Source of the DNA: Thermoplasmata archaeon
GTDB lineage: Archaea; Thermoplasmatota; Thermoplasmata; GCA-020350865
DNA: 64,000 nucleotides
Assembly: GCA_020348445.1 (NCBI GenBank)
Contig: CP070751.1
Span: 4,392,901 to 4,456,900, forward strand
Direction: 5' to 3'
The position numbers and the translations under genes are program-made. The notes under the pieces are model-generated. The model was not told the origin of the DNA and did not search any database. It worked only from the letters and a program-made list of their open reading frames with translations. This document shows, in pieces, positions 20,156 to 31,743 of this stretch; position 1 is the stretch's first letter, and each line of letters opens with the position of its first letter.

Positions 20156-20764
20156 TTACTCCTCCTTTACCTTGGCTTGTTTTGCTTGAAACAGTATCTC
20201 GGCAACCTCCCTTCGAAGGTCGTTTCTGAGCCTTTCGAGCACACCCTCGAATGTGGCGTCTATTCGTGATGTACCGTCCTTTGCCAAGATCACCAAACCA
20301 CCGATATTATCAAAGCCTTGAGAGGACACCTTTATTCTCGGGTCCACTGCAGATGCTAATCTCTGAACGAGCTGCTGGTCTTTTGCATTGCACAGCACAT
20401 CAAATTCGCTTCCCATTTCTGTTGCAGCACTTTTTAGGGCTGCGCTTATGTAGCGTTCTGTGGAATTTAAATCCACCTCCTTAAGGCGTGCTTCTGCAAG
20501 GGCGAAGGCCTTTGAGATAACGTCTTCCTTTGCATTGAGCATCATCTTTCTGGCTTCAAGTTTCCCCTCGGACGTTGCCCGGCTTCTCTGTATCTTTATG
20601 ACCTTTTCGGTCTCGAGTTCCATGGCCCTTTTCTCCTTTTCAAGCTCTGATTTGGCCTGACTCAATATCTTTTTTGCTTCTTTCTTGGCCTCATCTATCT
20701 GCTGCTTGGCTTTTTGCGATGCGTCCTTTTTAATTCTGCTGGTGATGTTCTCAACTGCCCCCAT
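20156..20764 (-). CDS. atpE: A/V-type ATP synthase subunit E
   Basis: N-terminal coiled coil; IGGLVI...RIDATFE; operon position. Confidence 0.93.
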   Translation of the reverse strand: MGAVENITSRIKKDASQKAKQQIDEAKKEAKKILSQAKSELEKEKRAMELETEKVIKIQRSRATSEGKLEARKMMLNAKEDVISKAFALAEARLKEVDLNSTERYISAALKSAATEMGSEFDVLCNAKDQQLVQRLASAVDPRIKVSSQGFDNIGGLVILAKDGTSRIDATFEGVLERLRNDLRREVAEILFQAKQAKVKEE

Positions 20765-20769
20765 GAAGT

Positions 20770-22632
20770 TCAGCCCCCCATCAATTTGATACCGAACATG
20801 ATCAGTATGGCGATAAGCAATCCAAATATCGCGAATGTCTCTGACATGACTGAGAATATGATGCTCTTCCCAAAGGCCTGGGGATTTCTGGCTGTGGCAC
20901 CGATGCCCGCACTGGCTGTTATACCTTGACCTATGGCAGACAGTCCCGATATTCCTATGGCAAGACCTGCTCCCAAAGCGGCAAGTCCCATGCCTTCAGT
21001 TGCCGTGAATTCCCCAGTGAACATGCCTGTGAATGCCATAAGAAGTATGGCAATGAGCAAACCGTAGATGGCCTGGGTCTCTGGGAGAACAGAGAACACG
21101 ATACCTTTGCCGAACATCTTGGGATCCTCTGCCGTGGCTCCGACACCGCCGCTTGCAGCTATGCCCTGACCTATTGCAGACAAACCCGCGATTCCTATTG
21201 ATAGACCGCAGGCAATGGCCACAAGACCGATTCCAATGCCTTGGTCAACTGCCTCGTTAAGTGATACAATATCCCCTGCAAACAGCCCTCCAAAGGCCAT
21301 AAGAAGTATGGCAACGAGCAGCCCGTATATAGCTTGTGTCTCTGGGAGAACAGAGAAGACAATGCCCTTTCCAAACATCTTGGGATCCTCTGCCGTGGCC
21401 CCGATACCTCCTGACGCTGCAATGCCCTGACCTATTGCAGACAAACCTGCAATTCCAATTGAAAGACCGCAGCCAATTGCAATGAGTCCCACAGCAACAG
21501 AGACCACAGAAAAGTCCTGGGCAAACATGCCTGTGAAGGCCATAAGAAGTATAGCGATGAGCAGTCCATAGATGGCCTGGGTCTCGGGAAGAACAGAGAA
21601 CACAATGCCCTTGCCAAACATCTTGGGATCAGATGCAGTTGCACCTACACCCCCGCTTGCCGCAATGCCCTGGCCTATGGCAGAAAGTCCTGCCACACCA
21701 ATTGAAAGACCGCAGCCAATGGCCACAAGTCCCACTGCTGGAACATTTCTTACTGCCTCAAAGTCTCCCCCGAGAAGGCCAGAGAAGTTCATAAGAAGTA
21801 TGGCCACCAGAAGGCCGTATATGGCCTGGGTCTCAGGTAAAACCGAGAATACTATGCCCTTGCCCAGCATCTTCGGGTCGTTTGCAGTGGCAGATATGCC
21901 ACTTCCAGCTGCAATTCCCTGGCCTATTGCTGAGAGACCAGCTAGGCCCACTGCAAGACCGCAGCCTATTGCAACAAGACCGATTGTGATGGGGATGTCC
22001 CCTCCTGTGCCCCCTAGAAGTCCGCTGTACATGAGTATCATGATGGCAATCAACAGCCCGTAGATGGCCTGGGTCTGGGGCAGGGCCTGGAAGACCAGGG
22101 ATTTTCCGAACATTTCGGGCTTCTCAGCCACTGTGCCGGCCCCTGTAGCACCAGTTATACCAACTCCTATCCCGGCACCCATACCTGCAATTCCAATGGC
22201 AAGGCCTGCTCCGATGGCAGCCAAATATGCCCCTGTGCTCAATTCATCCTTGCCTCTGACCTTGATTGTCACTGTGTCCCTGTCAGAAAGACCGTTTTCG
22301 TCAGTAACCTTGAATTTCACCTCGTAGGTGCCGGCTTCATCATAAGTATGGGTGACATTGCTTGAGGTTTGATTTATTTCATATACTCCATCCCCGTTGA
22401 AATCCCATTTATAATAGAGTATCGTGAAATTGGTTGTGGCAGAGCCAGTTACTGTGAATTCCTCCCCCTCCTGAACCTCCATATCCCCTCCAGCATGGGC
22501 AATGGGTCCATCTTGAGCACTAGCAATGGGTATGACCAGTGATAGTATCAGCACAAACGCACTCAGAAATAGCACGAGGCCAAGGTATTTTCTTTGCCTT
22601 CCCAAACCTGTATTTTCTTTATTTCGGCTCAT
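20770..22632 (-). CDS. atpK: ATP synthase proteolipid (subunit c/K): signal peptide + PKD domain + six c-hairpins
   Basis: Helix-2 motifs PQTQAIYG, four PETQAIYG and SETFAIFG; PKD-like aa about 42-126 (AHAGGD..., YKWDFNGDG, HTYDEAGTYEVKFKVTD); ATGA overlap with the atpI stop. Confidence 0.95.
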   Translation of the reverse strand: MSRNKENTGLGRQRKYLGLVLFLSAFVLILSLVIPIASAQDGPIAHAGGDMEVQEGEEFTVTGSATTNFTILYYKWDFNGDGVYEINQTSSNVTHTYDEAGTYEVKFKVTDENGLSDRDTVTIKVRGKDELSTGAYLAAIGAGLAIGIAGMGAGIGVGITGATGAGTVAEKPEMFGKSLVFQALPQTQAIYGLLIAIMILMYSGLLGGTGGDIPITIGLVAIGCGLAVGLAGLSAIGQGIAAGSGISATANDPKMLGKGIVFSVLPETQAIYGLLVAILLMNFSGLLGGDFEAVRNVPAVGLVAIGCGLSIGVAGLSAIGQGIAASGGVGATASDPKMFGKGIVFSVLPETQAIYGLLIAILLMAFTGMFAQDFSVVSVAVGLIAIGCGLSIGIAGLSAIGQGIAASGGIGATAEDPKMFGKGIVFSVLPETQAIYGLLVAILLMAFGGLFAGDIVSLNEAVDQGIGIGLVAIACGLSIGIAGLSAIGQGIAASGGVGATAEDPKMFGKGIVFSVLPETQAIYGLLIAILLMAFTGMFTGEFTATEGMGLAALGAGLAIGISGLSAIGQGITASAGIGATARNPQAFGKSIIFSVMSETFAIFGLLIAILIMFGIKLMGG

Positions 22633-24911
22633 TTCGGAACCTCCACATATCCCTTTTCGGTCTTCTCAATAACTGTGTGTTCCCTTTCTGCAACAAAGGG
22701 TGAGAACTTCTTGCCTCCACCAGAATAGAATTGACCAAAGAATTCCACATAGTGTAATCTTAATGCATGAATGAATCCGCCAAGGGCCTGAAGCACGGCA
22801 TTTATTATATGGCCAAATATGAATATTATCAGCAAGATCAAGGCAATGGATACAGCAATTGCCCCAATTGCTCCAAATATACCCATGAGAAGGAGCAGAA
22901 TTGATATTCCTTTAATGGCGTTATTTTGCTTTTGAAAGCCCACGGCAATAAGTACTATGCCCACAAGGAAAAGCGCGGCGCAAACAGGCGCCGTAATAGC
23001 AGAAAAAACATCCTTTATGAGGGTCGCGATGATATTTATGGTCATTGCGATTCCAGCTGTTGCAAGTCCAAGGGCAAGTATCCTGGCATAGGAGAGCCAG
23101 TTCCCTATAAAACCTGTGAGGTCAAAGAATCCCAAAGGACCTTTTCTCTTTCTCTTTCCCTCGGGGGATTCCTCGCCAAATTGGAGGAAAACAAGAATCA
23201 AACCGATGATACCGCAGATGTAAGCGGGGATTTTAATGAGCATTGGAAAAGTGAACCAGCCAAAGAATCCACCGAAAACCACAACACCAGCATACTGCAA
23301 AAGGAACCAGGAAACCTGGCTGTAAAGAATATCCCCATATGCCTTTCTTCTTGCATTTTGCCACACTGCCAATATCAATCCCATATTCAGGTGTATGAGC
23401 CCGATGATCAGCGCAAGGACCAGGAGGGGTATGGGATTGTTCATGGAATCCAGCACTATGATGTGATTGGCTCCAATGCCATTGTATGTGACACCCCCGA
23501 TCTCACCAGAATACAGCGCTGGGGTCAGGGGATTGTCCGAAGTGAGGGGCCCCAGATATGAGCCTTGTATTATCCCGAAAATCACGCCCGAGAATCCTAT
23601 CCAAGCCAGTATGACACCCATATCGTACATGCTCTTGCTTACTTTTCCCTGGCCCCTGTAAAGCAGTAACCCTGTCAGAAGCACCAGGGCACCATAGACT
23701 GCATCACCCAGCATTAATCCAAAGAATATCACGAATATGGGACCTAGAATCAGTGTTGGATCAACTTCATGATGGTATGGAAGCGCGAACATCTCGGTGA
23801 GCATCTCAAAGGGCTTTGCCCATCTGGGATTTCGTCTGTATATGGGTATTTCCTCTGAATTTTGCGGATCATTTGAGTAAAGAAAGGACAAACCATCTGT
23901 TTCTTTGTCCACTACCCTTTCCAGTTCTTCTAAGTGTCTTTCAGGGGTCCAACCAGTAACCACGCTGGTCTCCTTTGTCCTTCCAAATTTTGTTTGAGCC
24001 TCTCCCCTGGCCTTGAATATACCGATTTCCTCTCTTATGATGATGAGATCTTTAAGATGTTTCTTTCTAAGTTCTATGAGTTCTTCCCAAAGGGCCTTTC
24101 TTTTTTCTGTGATTTCCTTTGTTCTCTTTTGGATTTCGTCAAGGGCTTCCTGGGGATTTCCTTTGTAATCCTGAAGTGAAAACGATGAAAATACACCTTT
24201 AAGGGAGCTCTCCAAGGCATCTTTTTCATCTATATGGGCAGCAACCACAGCACTGTAGAGCTTCTTTTCGATCTGGTGTGTAAATATCAATGAATCGCGG
24301 ACCTTGCTCACCGAGCTACTGAGCCTTTGCTCGTCTGTTGTTGTTCCCGCCTTCACGATGAGGTATTTGCTTACTCCGAGATATTCCAGCCTTATATCAA
24401 GGGGAGCCAGCATGGAGATTTGCTTTTCATGCTCTGCCAAGGTGGCCCTTTCCTCTGAAATTTCCTCGAGCTTACGTTCGATCTCCGTGATATTTGTTTC
24501 AAGTGCAAATAAAAGCTCCTGCGCATTTTTAATTACCTCGTGAATGCTTTTGGGTTTGACGGTGTATTTGGGAGGAAGCCCTGGGGACAAGAATTCCTTT
24601 ATGGTCTCTCCAAGACCAATTTCTCCCCCTTCCTCTGCCTTTTCGAGAACCTCTATCAACTTGTTGAGCTGTAATTCCAAATCTCCGCATTGTGATGCGA
24701 TTTTATGGGCCTTGGATTGCGAAAGAAGTTTGGCAAAATCCCTTCCCGATTTACCCACATCCACAATTTCGATTAGGCCTGATTCATGAAGACCGTCAAC
24801 GAGTCTTTCGACATAATCATCATGTACTATGATGGATACCTCTTTCATTCTTTCTGGGTAAAGCAACGGTACTCTCCCTCCAATCCTCAAAGAAGGTTTA
24901 GGATCCAACAA
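22629..24911 (-). CDS. atpI: A/V-type ATP synthase subunit I (a)
   Basis: MFALPYHHEVDPT, FGLMLGDAVYG, essential Arg in SYARILAL, HALRLHYVEFF. Confidence 0.96.
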   Translation of the reverse strand: MLDPKPSLRIGGRVPLLYPERMKEVSIIVHDDYVERLVDGLHESGLIEIVDVGKSGRDFAKLLSQSKAHKIASQCGDLELQLNKLIEVLEKAEEGGEIGLGETIKEFLSPGLPPKYTVKPKSIHEVIKNAQELLFALETNITEIERKLEEISEERATLAEHEKQISMLAPLDIRLEYLGVSKYLIVKAGTTTDEQRLSSSVSKVRDSLIFTHQIEKKLYSAVVAAHIDEKDALESSLKGVFSSFSLQDYKGNPQEALDEIQKRTKEITEKRKALWEELIELRKKHLKDLIIIREEIGIFKARGEAQTKFGRTKETSVVTGWTPERHLEELERVVDKETDGLSFLYSNDPQNSEEIPIYRRNPRWAKPFEMLTEMFALPYHHEVDPTLILGPIFVIFFGLMLGDAVYGALVLLTGLLLYRGQGKVSKSMYDMGVILAWIGFSGVIFGIIQGSYLGPLTSDNPLTPALYSGEIGGVTYNGIGANHIIVLDSMNNPIPLLVLALIIGLIHLNMGLILAVWQNARRKAYGDILYSQVSWFLLQYAGVVVFGGFFGWFTFPMLIKIPAYICGIIGLILVFLQFGEESPEGKRKRKGPLGFFDLTGFIGNWLSYARILALGLATAGIAMTINIIATLIKDVFSAITAPVCAALFLVGIVLIAVGFQKQNNAIKGISILLLLMGIFGAIGAIAVSIALILLIIFIFGHIINAVLQALGGFIHALRLHYVEFFGQFYSGGGKKFSPFVAEREHTVIEKTEKGYVEVPK

Positions 24912-25212
24912 TTCTCGTGACTATATGTGAAACAGCTGATTCGATTCGTGTCGAACCATCGGTCTTGATATTCTCGGCCTCGGATTTACCCTGTTTTTGA
25001 ATGTTCTCGGCTTCTATTTTTATCTGCTTTTCTGCATCCTCTAGCTTCGCCTTCATCTCGGATTTGTACCTGGATATTTCCTGCTTATGTGTGGTTTCCC
25101 CTTGGGCCTTGGCACTTTTGATTATCTTATCAGCTTCCTTTTCTGCGTTTGCTATGATGTTCAAGGCCTCCTCTTCGGATTTTTTTACTGCCTCTATTTC
25201 CTTTTCAGCCAT
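24898..25212 (-). CDS. atpH: A/V-type ATP synthase subunit H (G-like stalk)
   Basis: IEAVKKSEEEA..IIANAEKEA alanine/charge-rich helix; first gene of the operon. Confidence 0.88.
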   Translation of the reverse strand: MAEKEIEAVKKSEEEALNIIANAEKEADKIIKSAKAQGETTHKQEISRYKSEMKAKLEDAEKQIKIEAENIQKQGKSEAENIKTDGSTRIESAVSHIVTRIVGS

Positions 25213-25374
25213 GCCATTTATCTCCGTTTTGTTGATTTGGGTGAAATGTCAGTGGGGGTAATAATGTTCACCTTTAAAACGGTTTTTAAGAAAAAACAAG
25301 CCACCAAGTAATTCCTAAATGTATGTCATTATGGAATTCATCAAATTAAAAAATCTGAAAATTCGCATATTAAT

Positions 25375-25734
25375 TTACAATGCTGTTGCAAGATCCCCTG
25401 CTGCCTTCTTGATTTTTGAAGCCAAGGATTCAAAATTATCCTTTGTATTTGTTACAACAACAAGCAGACCCTTGTTACCCGCACTCTCGATAACTATCCT
25501 GGATCTATCCAATTCCACCAAAATGTTCTCAAGCTCTCCCTTAAGTTCGGATATGGCGGTTTCAGCAGAACCCAATAGAATGGCTGACATGGCCACAAAC
25601 GTTTCAAGATGAACTCCATCTGGAGCCTGACCTGAAATGTGCATACCGCTTCTCGAAACCACGACAGAACTCTCAATCTCTGAGCTGCCATTTAGCTCTC
25701 CTAAAATGTCGTTCACAAGCGCGTTATCAACCAT
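25375..25734 (-). CDS. Roadblock/LC7 domain protein
   Basis: IESSVVVSRSGMHI, ETFVAMSAILLGSAE, ILVELDRSRIVI pattern; 119 aa. Confidence 0.9.
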   Translation of the reverse strand: MVDNALVNDILGELNGSSEIESSVVVSRSGMHISGQAPDGVHLETFVAMSAILLGSAETAISELKGELENILVELDRSRIVIESAGNKGLLVVVTNTKDNFESLASKIKKAAGDLATAL

Positions 25735-25978
25735 AAGAATTCCAGCTCCAAACCAAGTTTATCCATGTTTCACATCCCCTTAATGTTGTTATTGTTGATA
25801 AATATTTCGTTCTTTATTTTGTATCAGATAATCAAAAAAGCGACGGAAATGGCCTTATTTTTACCAATTTGAAAAATGTAAATTTCGTTTAAAAATTTTT
25901 ACTTGAATATGTAACACTTAGCATTCATCAAAGTAATATATTTCAAAGTAATTTATTAATATAGAATAACTATTGTTC

Positions 25979-26602
25979 TTACTTGACATTCTTTTTGTAC
26001 CACTCACAAAGATCAGATATTGGGCAAACCTCACACTTGGGATTTATTGGCCTGCATATGGTCTGGCCGAACCTCACGAACATATGGTTTATATCCAACC
26101 AATACTTCCTTTTAAGGATATTCCTGAGTTCTGATTCAGTTTCCTCTGGAGTTTTCGTTTTCACGAGACCTAATCTATTCGAGATTCTATGCACATGGGT
26201 ATCCACGGGAATGGCAGGTATTCCAAAACCAAAGACCAGCACGCAGTTGGCTGTTTTTCTACCCACTGATGGCAGCTGCATGAGCGATTCGAAGTCGTCT
26301 GGAACCTCACCATCGAACCTTTTTAGGAGGATTTCGCTGACCTCCTTGATTTTTCTCGCCTTCACCCGATAAAAACCAGCTGGCTTTATCAACCTCTCTA
26401 TTTTCTTCACATCAGCCTTAGCCAGCTCCTTTATCGAGGGATATACCGAAAGCAGTCTTTGGGATGCGAAATCAGTTTGCTCATCCCTTGTCCTCTGGGA
26501 GATTATCGTGTATATAAGAACCTCAAATGGATCCCTTGGCTCAGAATAAACGTCTTCGGGAAAGTGTTTTTTGAGCCTGCCAAAGAGTTTATCAATATTC
26601 AT
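25979..26602 (-). CDS. nth: Endonuclease III (HhH-GPD, 4Fe-4S)
   Basis: [16 protein letters not shown]6-C-X2-C-X5-C ([17 protein letters not shown]). Confidence 0.95.
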   Translation of the reverse strand: MNIDKLFGRLKKHFPEDVYSEPRDPFEVLIYTIISQRTRDEQTDFASQRLLSVYPSIKELAKADVKKIERLIKPAGFYRVKARKIKEVSEILLKRFDGEVPDDFESLMQLPSVGRKTANCVLVFGFGIPAIPVDTHVHRISNRLGLVKTKTPEETESELRNILKRKYWLDINHMFVRFGQTICRPINPKCEVCPISDLCEWYKKNVK

Positions 26603-26994
26603 GTAAATCGTGGCTGTATCTCAAAGCCTGCATTAAGGTTTTTCGGGGGAGGTTTTTCTCGATTTCTCGAAAATCGTCATCGGTTTTAAGATATTCATCA
26701 ACGATAATCGGACGATAGCCTTTAAATATGACAGGTAATGATATTATTCCCACCATGATAATCAAGCTACGCAATGAAAACGACCTAATTAAGATGTGCA
26801 GGCAGATGGTAATTGTCAGCCACTATCACTCCTATGAACAGTACCGAAGTGGAAATAAAAAAATCGATTTTAAATTAAAATAAATTATTTATTAAAATCC
26901 ACTTCACCTAAGAATTAAATTTGGATTGGGGTTAGGCACTTCGAATAATCTTTAGCTTAAACTCAATTAGAATAAGTCGAATTCTTAGTTTTAA

Positions 26995-27169
26995 TGCGGG
27001 AGCCGGGTGTTTGAGTTTAAGAAGTAATTGACGTCACAGCATAACTCAAACACTAGGCTCCCGCACGAAATAATTTAATATAAAAGAAAAGTGCGGGAGC
27101 CGGGATTTGACACGAATAGAAAGGTGCTTGATACTGCTTAGTATCTCCTTTCATCCTATCAACTCCCGG
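26995..27169. repeat. Two hairpin elements built from copies of the tRNA-Gly 3' end
   Basis: tgcgggagcc(26995-27004)+gtgtttgagtt pairs with aactcaaacac+ggctcccgca(27056-27065); a 19-nt copy tgcgggagccgggatttga at 27092-27110 whose ccgggatttga part pairs with tcaactcccgg (27159-27169). Confidence 0.9.
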
Positions 27170-27217
27170 AAAAAATATAGATTAATTTAATCTCCCTCAG
27201 CTTATAAGATAATTGAA

Positions 27218-27328
27218 TGCGGGAGCCGGGATTTGAACCCGAGTTATAAGCTGTCTACGGCCTTCTTCTGCCAGGCAAAAGAAAGGCTCTTGGCAAGCTT
27301 AAGTGATACCAGACTACACTACACCCGC
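27218..27328 (-). tRNA. tRNA-Gly(GCC) with a 38-nt intron at 37/38 (intron 27253-27290)
   Basis: Cloverleaf GCGGGTG..TAAGC TTGCCAA GCTTA..TCGGG TTCAAAT CCCGG CTCCCGC A after intron removal (73 nt). BHB geometry: bulge CA|A, 4-bp helix TTGC/GTAG, bulge AC|A. Confidence 0.88.
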
Positions 27329-27442
27329 ATAATACGAGCTTCAAGGGAATTATGTTGGGAGTTTTTAATCTTTGTGTTTTTCAATGTGCGAGTACATAGG
27401 ATAGGGGGAAAGGATTTATTTCTGCAAGACAATAGTCCTGCA

Positions 27443-27847
27443 ATGCCCCCTTTCTTAGAAACCATTGCTGTCAAGACAAAATCCAGCTTCGAGATGGTGA
27501 ACATCACAAGTCATGTGAATAAGGTGGTTGCGAAATCGAAAGTTAATCAGGGCAACCTCATGGTGTTCACCCCCCATACCACCACTGCAATAACAATAAA
27601 CGAGGACGAACCAGGACTTGTTGCTGACATTCTAAGAAAAATTTCTGAGTTGGTACCAAAAGGGGAAGGGTATTCCCATGATCGTATAGACAGCAATGCT
27701 CACGCTCATATACTCGCTTCAATAATTGGTCCTTCTGTTTCCATACCAATAATAAAAGGAAAAGCAGCATTGGGCACCTGGCAGTCAATTCTTTTTATCG
27801 AACTCGACGGTCCGCGGAATCGTAGGATCATGGTGCAAATTGTTTAA
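27443..27847 (+). CDS. yjbQ: YjbQ / UPF0047 family (secondary thiamine-phosphate synthase)
   Basis: HTTTAITINE, HDRIDSNAHAHI, LGTWQSILFIELDGPRNR; start reassigned to ATG 27443. Confidence 0.92.
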   Translation: MPPFLETIAVKTKSSFEMVNITSHVNKVVAKSKVNQGNLMVFTPHTTTAITINEDEPGLVADILRKISELVPKGEGYSHDRIDSNAHAHILASIIGPSVSIPIIKGKAALGTWQSILFIELDGPRNRRIMVQIV

Positions 27848-27933
27848 AGCACGCTTTTCTGATAACACTTTCAGAACAAAACCCAAATACTTATTTAAAG
27901 GTAGTTATATACTGATTCTACCGGAGGAACAAA

Positions 27934-28257
27934 TTGCAGCGGAAGACTCAAGGACAACAGACATTTGTTCGATTACGTCTACCAAAAAGAAATGAAGGCG
28001 AAATATTTGGTATAGCAGAGCAGCTTCTGGGTGCCTCCCGCATAAAGGTCATGTGTGCCGACGGGAAATCGAGGCTGGGTCGAATCCCTGGAAAGATCAA
28101 AAAGAGGATGTGGATAAGAGAAGGCGACCTGCTAATTGTCAGACCCTGGAACTTTCAGGATGACAAGGCTGACATAATCTACAGGTACACGAAAACTCAG
28201 GCAAGTTCCTTGAAGAGAAAGAAGTTGTTACCAATTGAATACAATGACATGTTTTAG
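27934..28257 (+). CDS. eif1a: Translation initiation factor aIF-1A
   Basis: [38 protein letters not shown]; TTG start behind SD GGAGG. Confidence 0.96.
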   Translation: MQRKTQGQQTFVRLRLPKRNEGEIFGIAEQLLGASRIKVMCADGKSRLGRIPGKIKKRMWIREGDLLIVRPWNFQDDKADIIYRYTKTQASSLKRKKLLPIEYNDMF

Positions 28258-28291
28258 TTTGCGTAATTGATTTCAATTTGGGCGGAGTGCA

Positions 28292-29059
28292 ATGAAAGAG
28301 GAGGAGTTATACCGTATTTTGGAGGGTAAGATCCAGGTCTTAGAGAGGCGGGAAAAGAGTGTCGAGGACCGCAAAACCTATGATGAGGTCTTTGACAGAA
28401 ACACCCTCTTGGCAGTGTACAAACTGATTTCCTCGGGTGTGATGGAGACCTTGGACTATCCAATTTCAACAGGAAAAGAGGGAAATGTTTTTTGCGCTAC
28501 TAAAGAAGATGGGAGCCTGCTTGCAGTGAAGATCTACCGCGTTTCAACGTCCACATACAAGAATCTCACAAAATATATCACTGGAGACCCGCGATTTCGG
28601 AACATCCCAAAAGACAGAAGAGGCATAATTTATACCTGGGCCAGAAAGGAATATAAGAATCTATCCCGGATGTCTGCTGCAAAGATAGCGGCTCCCGAGC
28701 CTATTAAACAGATTAACAACGTACTTGTAATGCAATATCTCGGTTCAAAGGAGCAACCCGCACCCATGCTCAAGGATGTTTTATTGGATAATCCAAAAAA
28801 GAGCTATAAGAGCATTTTAAATACGATTAAAAACCTCTATATCAATGCAAAACTGGTACACGGGGATCTCAGCGAGTACAATGTCCTTGTAGAAGACGGG
28901 AAATGCTTTCTCATAGATGTTGGGCAATCAGTGGTATTAGAGCATCCCTTGGCCCAGGAGCTGTTGAAAAGAGATGTCTCAAATATGGCCAGGTACTTTA
29001 AAAAACTGGGATTGGATACAGATGAAGAAGATATGCTTAGATACATCAGGGGGGATTAG
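28292..29059 (+). CDS. rio1: RIO1-type Ser/Thr kinase
   Basis: ISTGKEGNVF, AVKIYR, LVHGDLSEYN, IDVGQSV. Confidence 0.95.
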   Translation: MKEEELYRILEGKIQVLERREKSVEDRKTYDEVFDRNTLLAVYKLISSGVMETLDYPISTGKEGNVFCATKEDGSLLAVKIYRVSTSTYKNLTKYITGDPRFRNIPKDRRGIIYTWARKEYKNLSRMSAAKIAAPEPIKQINNVLVMQYLGSKEQPAPMLKDVLLDNPKKSYKSILNTIKNLYINAKLVHGDLSEYNVLVEDGKCFLIDVGQSVVLEHPLAQELLKRDVSNMARYFKKLGLDTDEEDMLRYIRGD

Positions 29060-29062
29060 AAA

Positions 29063-29608
29063 ATGATGTATGTGAAGATACCTCTTGAGAGGGTGGGCGT
29101 TCTTGTGGGTAAGAACGGGGAGATCAAAAAGAAAATAGAGGATGAAACTGGCACATCCCTTGTTATCGATTCAAAAAGTGGGGATGTAACAGTTGATGAT
29201 TCTAATTCACAGGATCCAATTCTAACTTTGAAGTCAGCTGACATGGTAAAGGCGATAGGCCGCGGTTTCTCCCCTGAGAAAGCCCTGAAGCTGCTTTCTG
29301 ATGAGGTCTTTTTTACGTTGATCGATATAAGGGATTATACTGGAAAGAATCAAAAACATGTGCGTCGGGTCAGGGCCAGGCTCATCGGGACCAAGGGAAA
29401 GACCAGAAAGCTCATCGAGGAGTTAACTGGTGTTTCTGTGTCCATTTACGGCAATACAGTGGGAGTGATAGGGGAAAGCCTTGAGATGAACATAGCAGTT
29501 TCAGCAATAGAGATGCTGCTAAAAGGAAGCGAGCACTCTGCTGTTTACGGTTTTCTTGAGAAGAAACGAAGGGATATTGAGCTTGCAGAGATGGATTTTT
29601 TAAATTGA
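29063..29608 (+). CDS. KH-domain ribosome-biogenesis protein (Dim2/Pno1)
   Basis: RVGVLVGKNGE, AIGRGFSPE, RLIGTKGKTR, GSEHSAVY. Confidence 0.93.
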   Translation: MMYVKIPLERVGVLVGKNGEIKKKIEDETGTSLVIDSKSGDVTVDDSNSQDPILTLKSADMVKAIGRGFSPEKALKLLSDEVFFTLIDIRDYTGKNQKHVRRVRARLIGTKGKTRKLIEELTGVSVSIYGNTVGVIGESLEMNIAVSAIEMLLKGSEHSAVYGFLEKKRRDIELAEMDFLN

Positions 29609-29612
29609 CTAA

Positions 29613-31709
<2,097 letters not shown>

Positions 31710-31743
31710 AGTAATTAATGTGATTGGGTTAATTTAGAAAGGA

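Noticed and set aside
26592-26830. 60-aa ORF upstream of nth, possibly a decayed small gene
   Set aside because: An SD-like GGAGTG leads to a frame that stops after 12 codons, and no motif can be supported.
27092-27169. Split-tRNA 3' half
   Set aside because: Only 19 nt (T-loop end + acceptor) match, there is no anticodon-side exon or BHB partner, and the complete tRNA is adjacent.
27233-27442. N-terminal 70 aa of the 204-aa YjbQ ORF
   Set aside because: It lies antisense over tRNA-Gly, and family similarity begins at ATG 27443.
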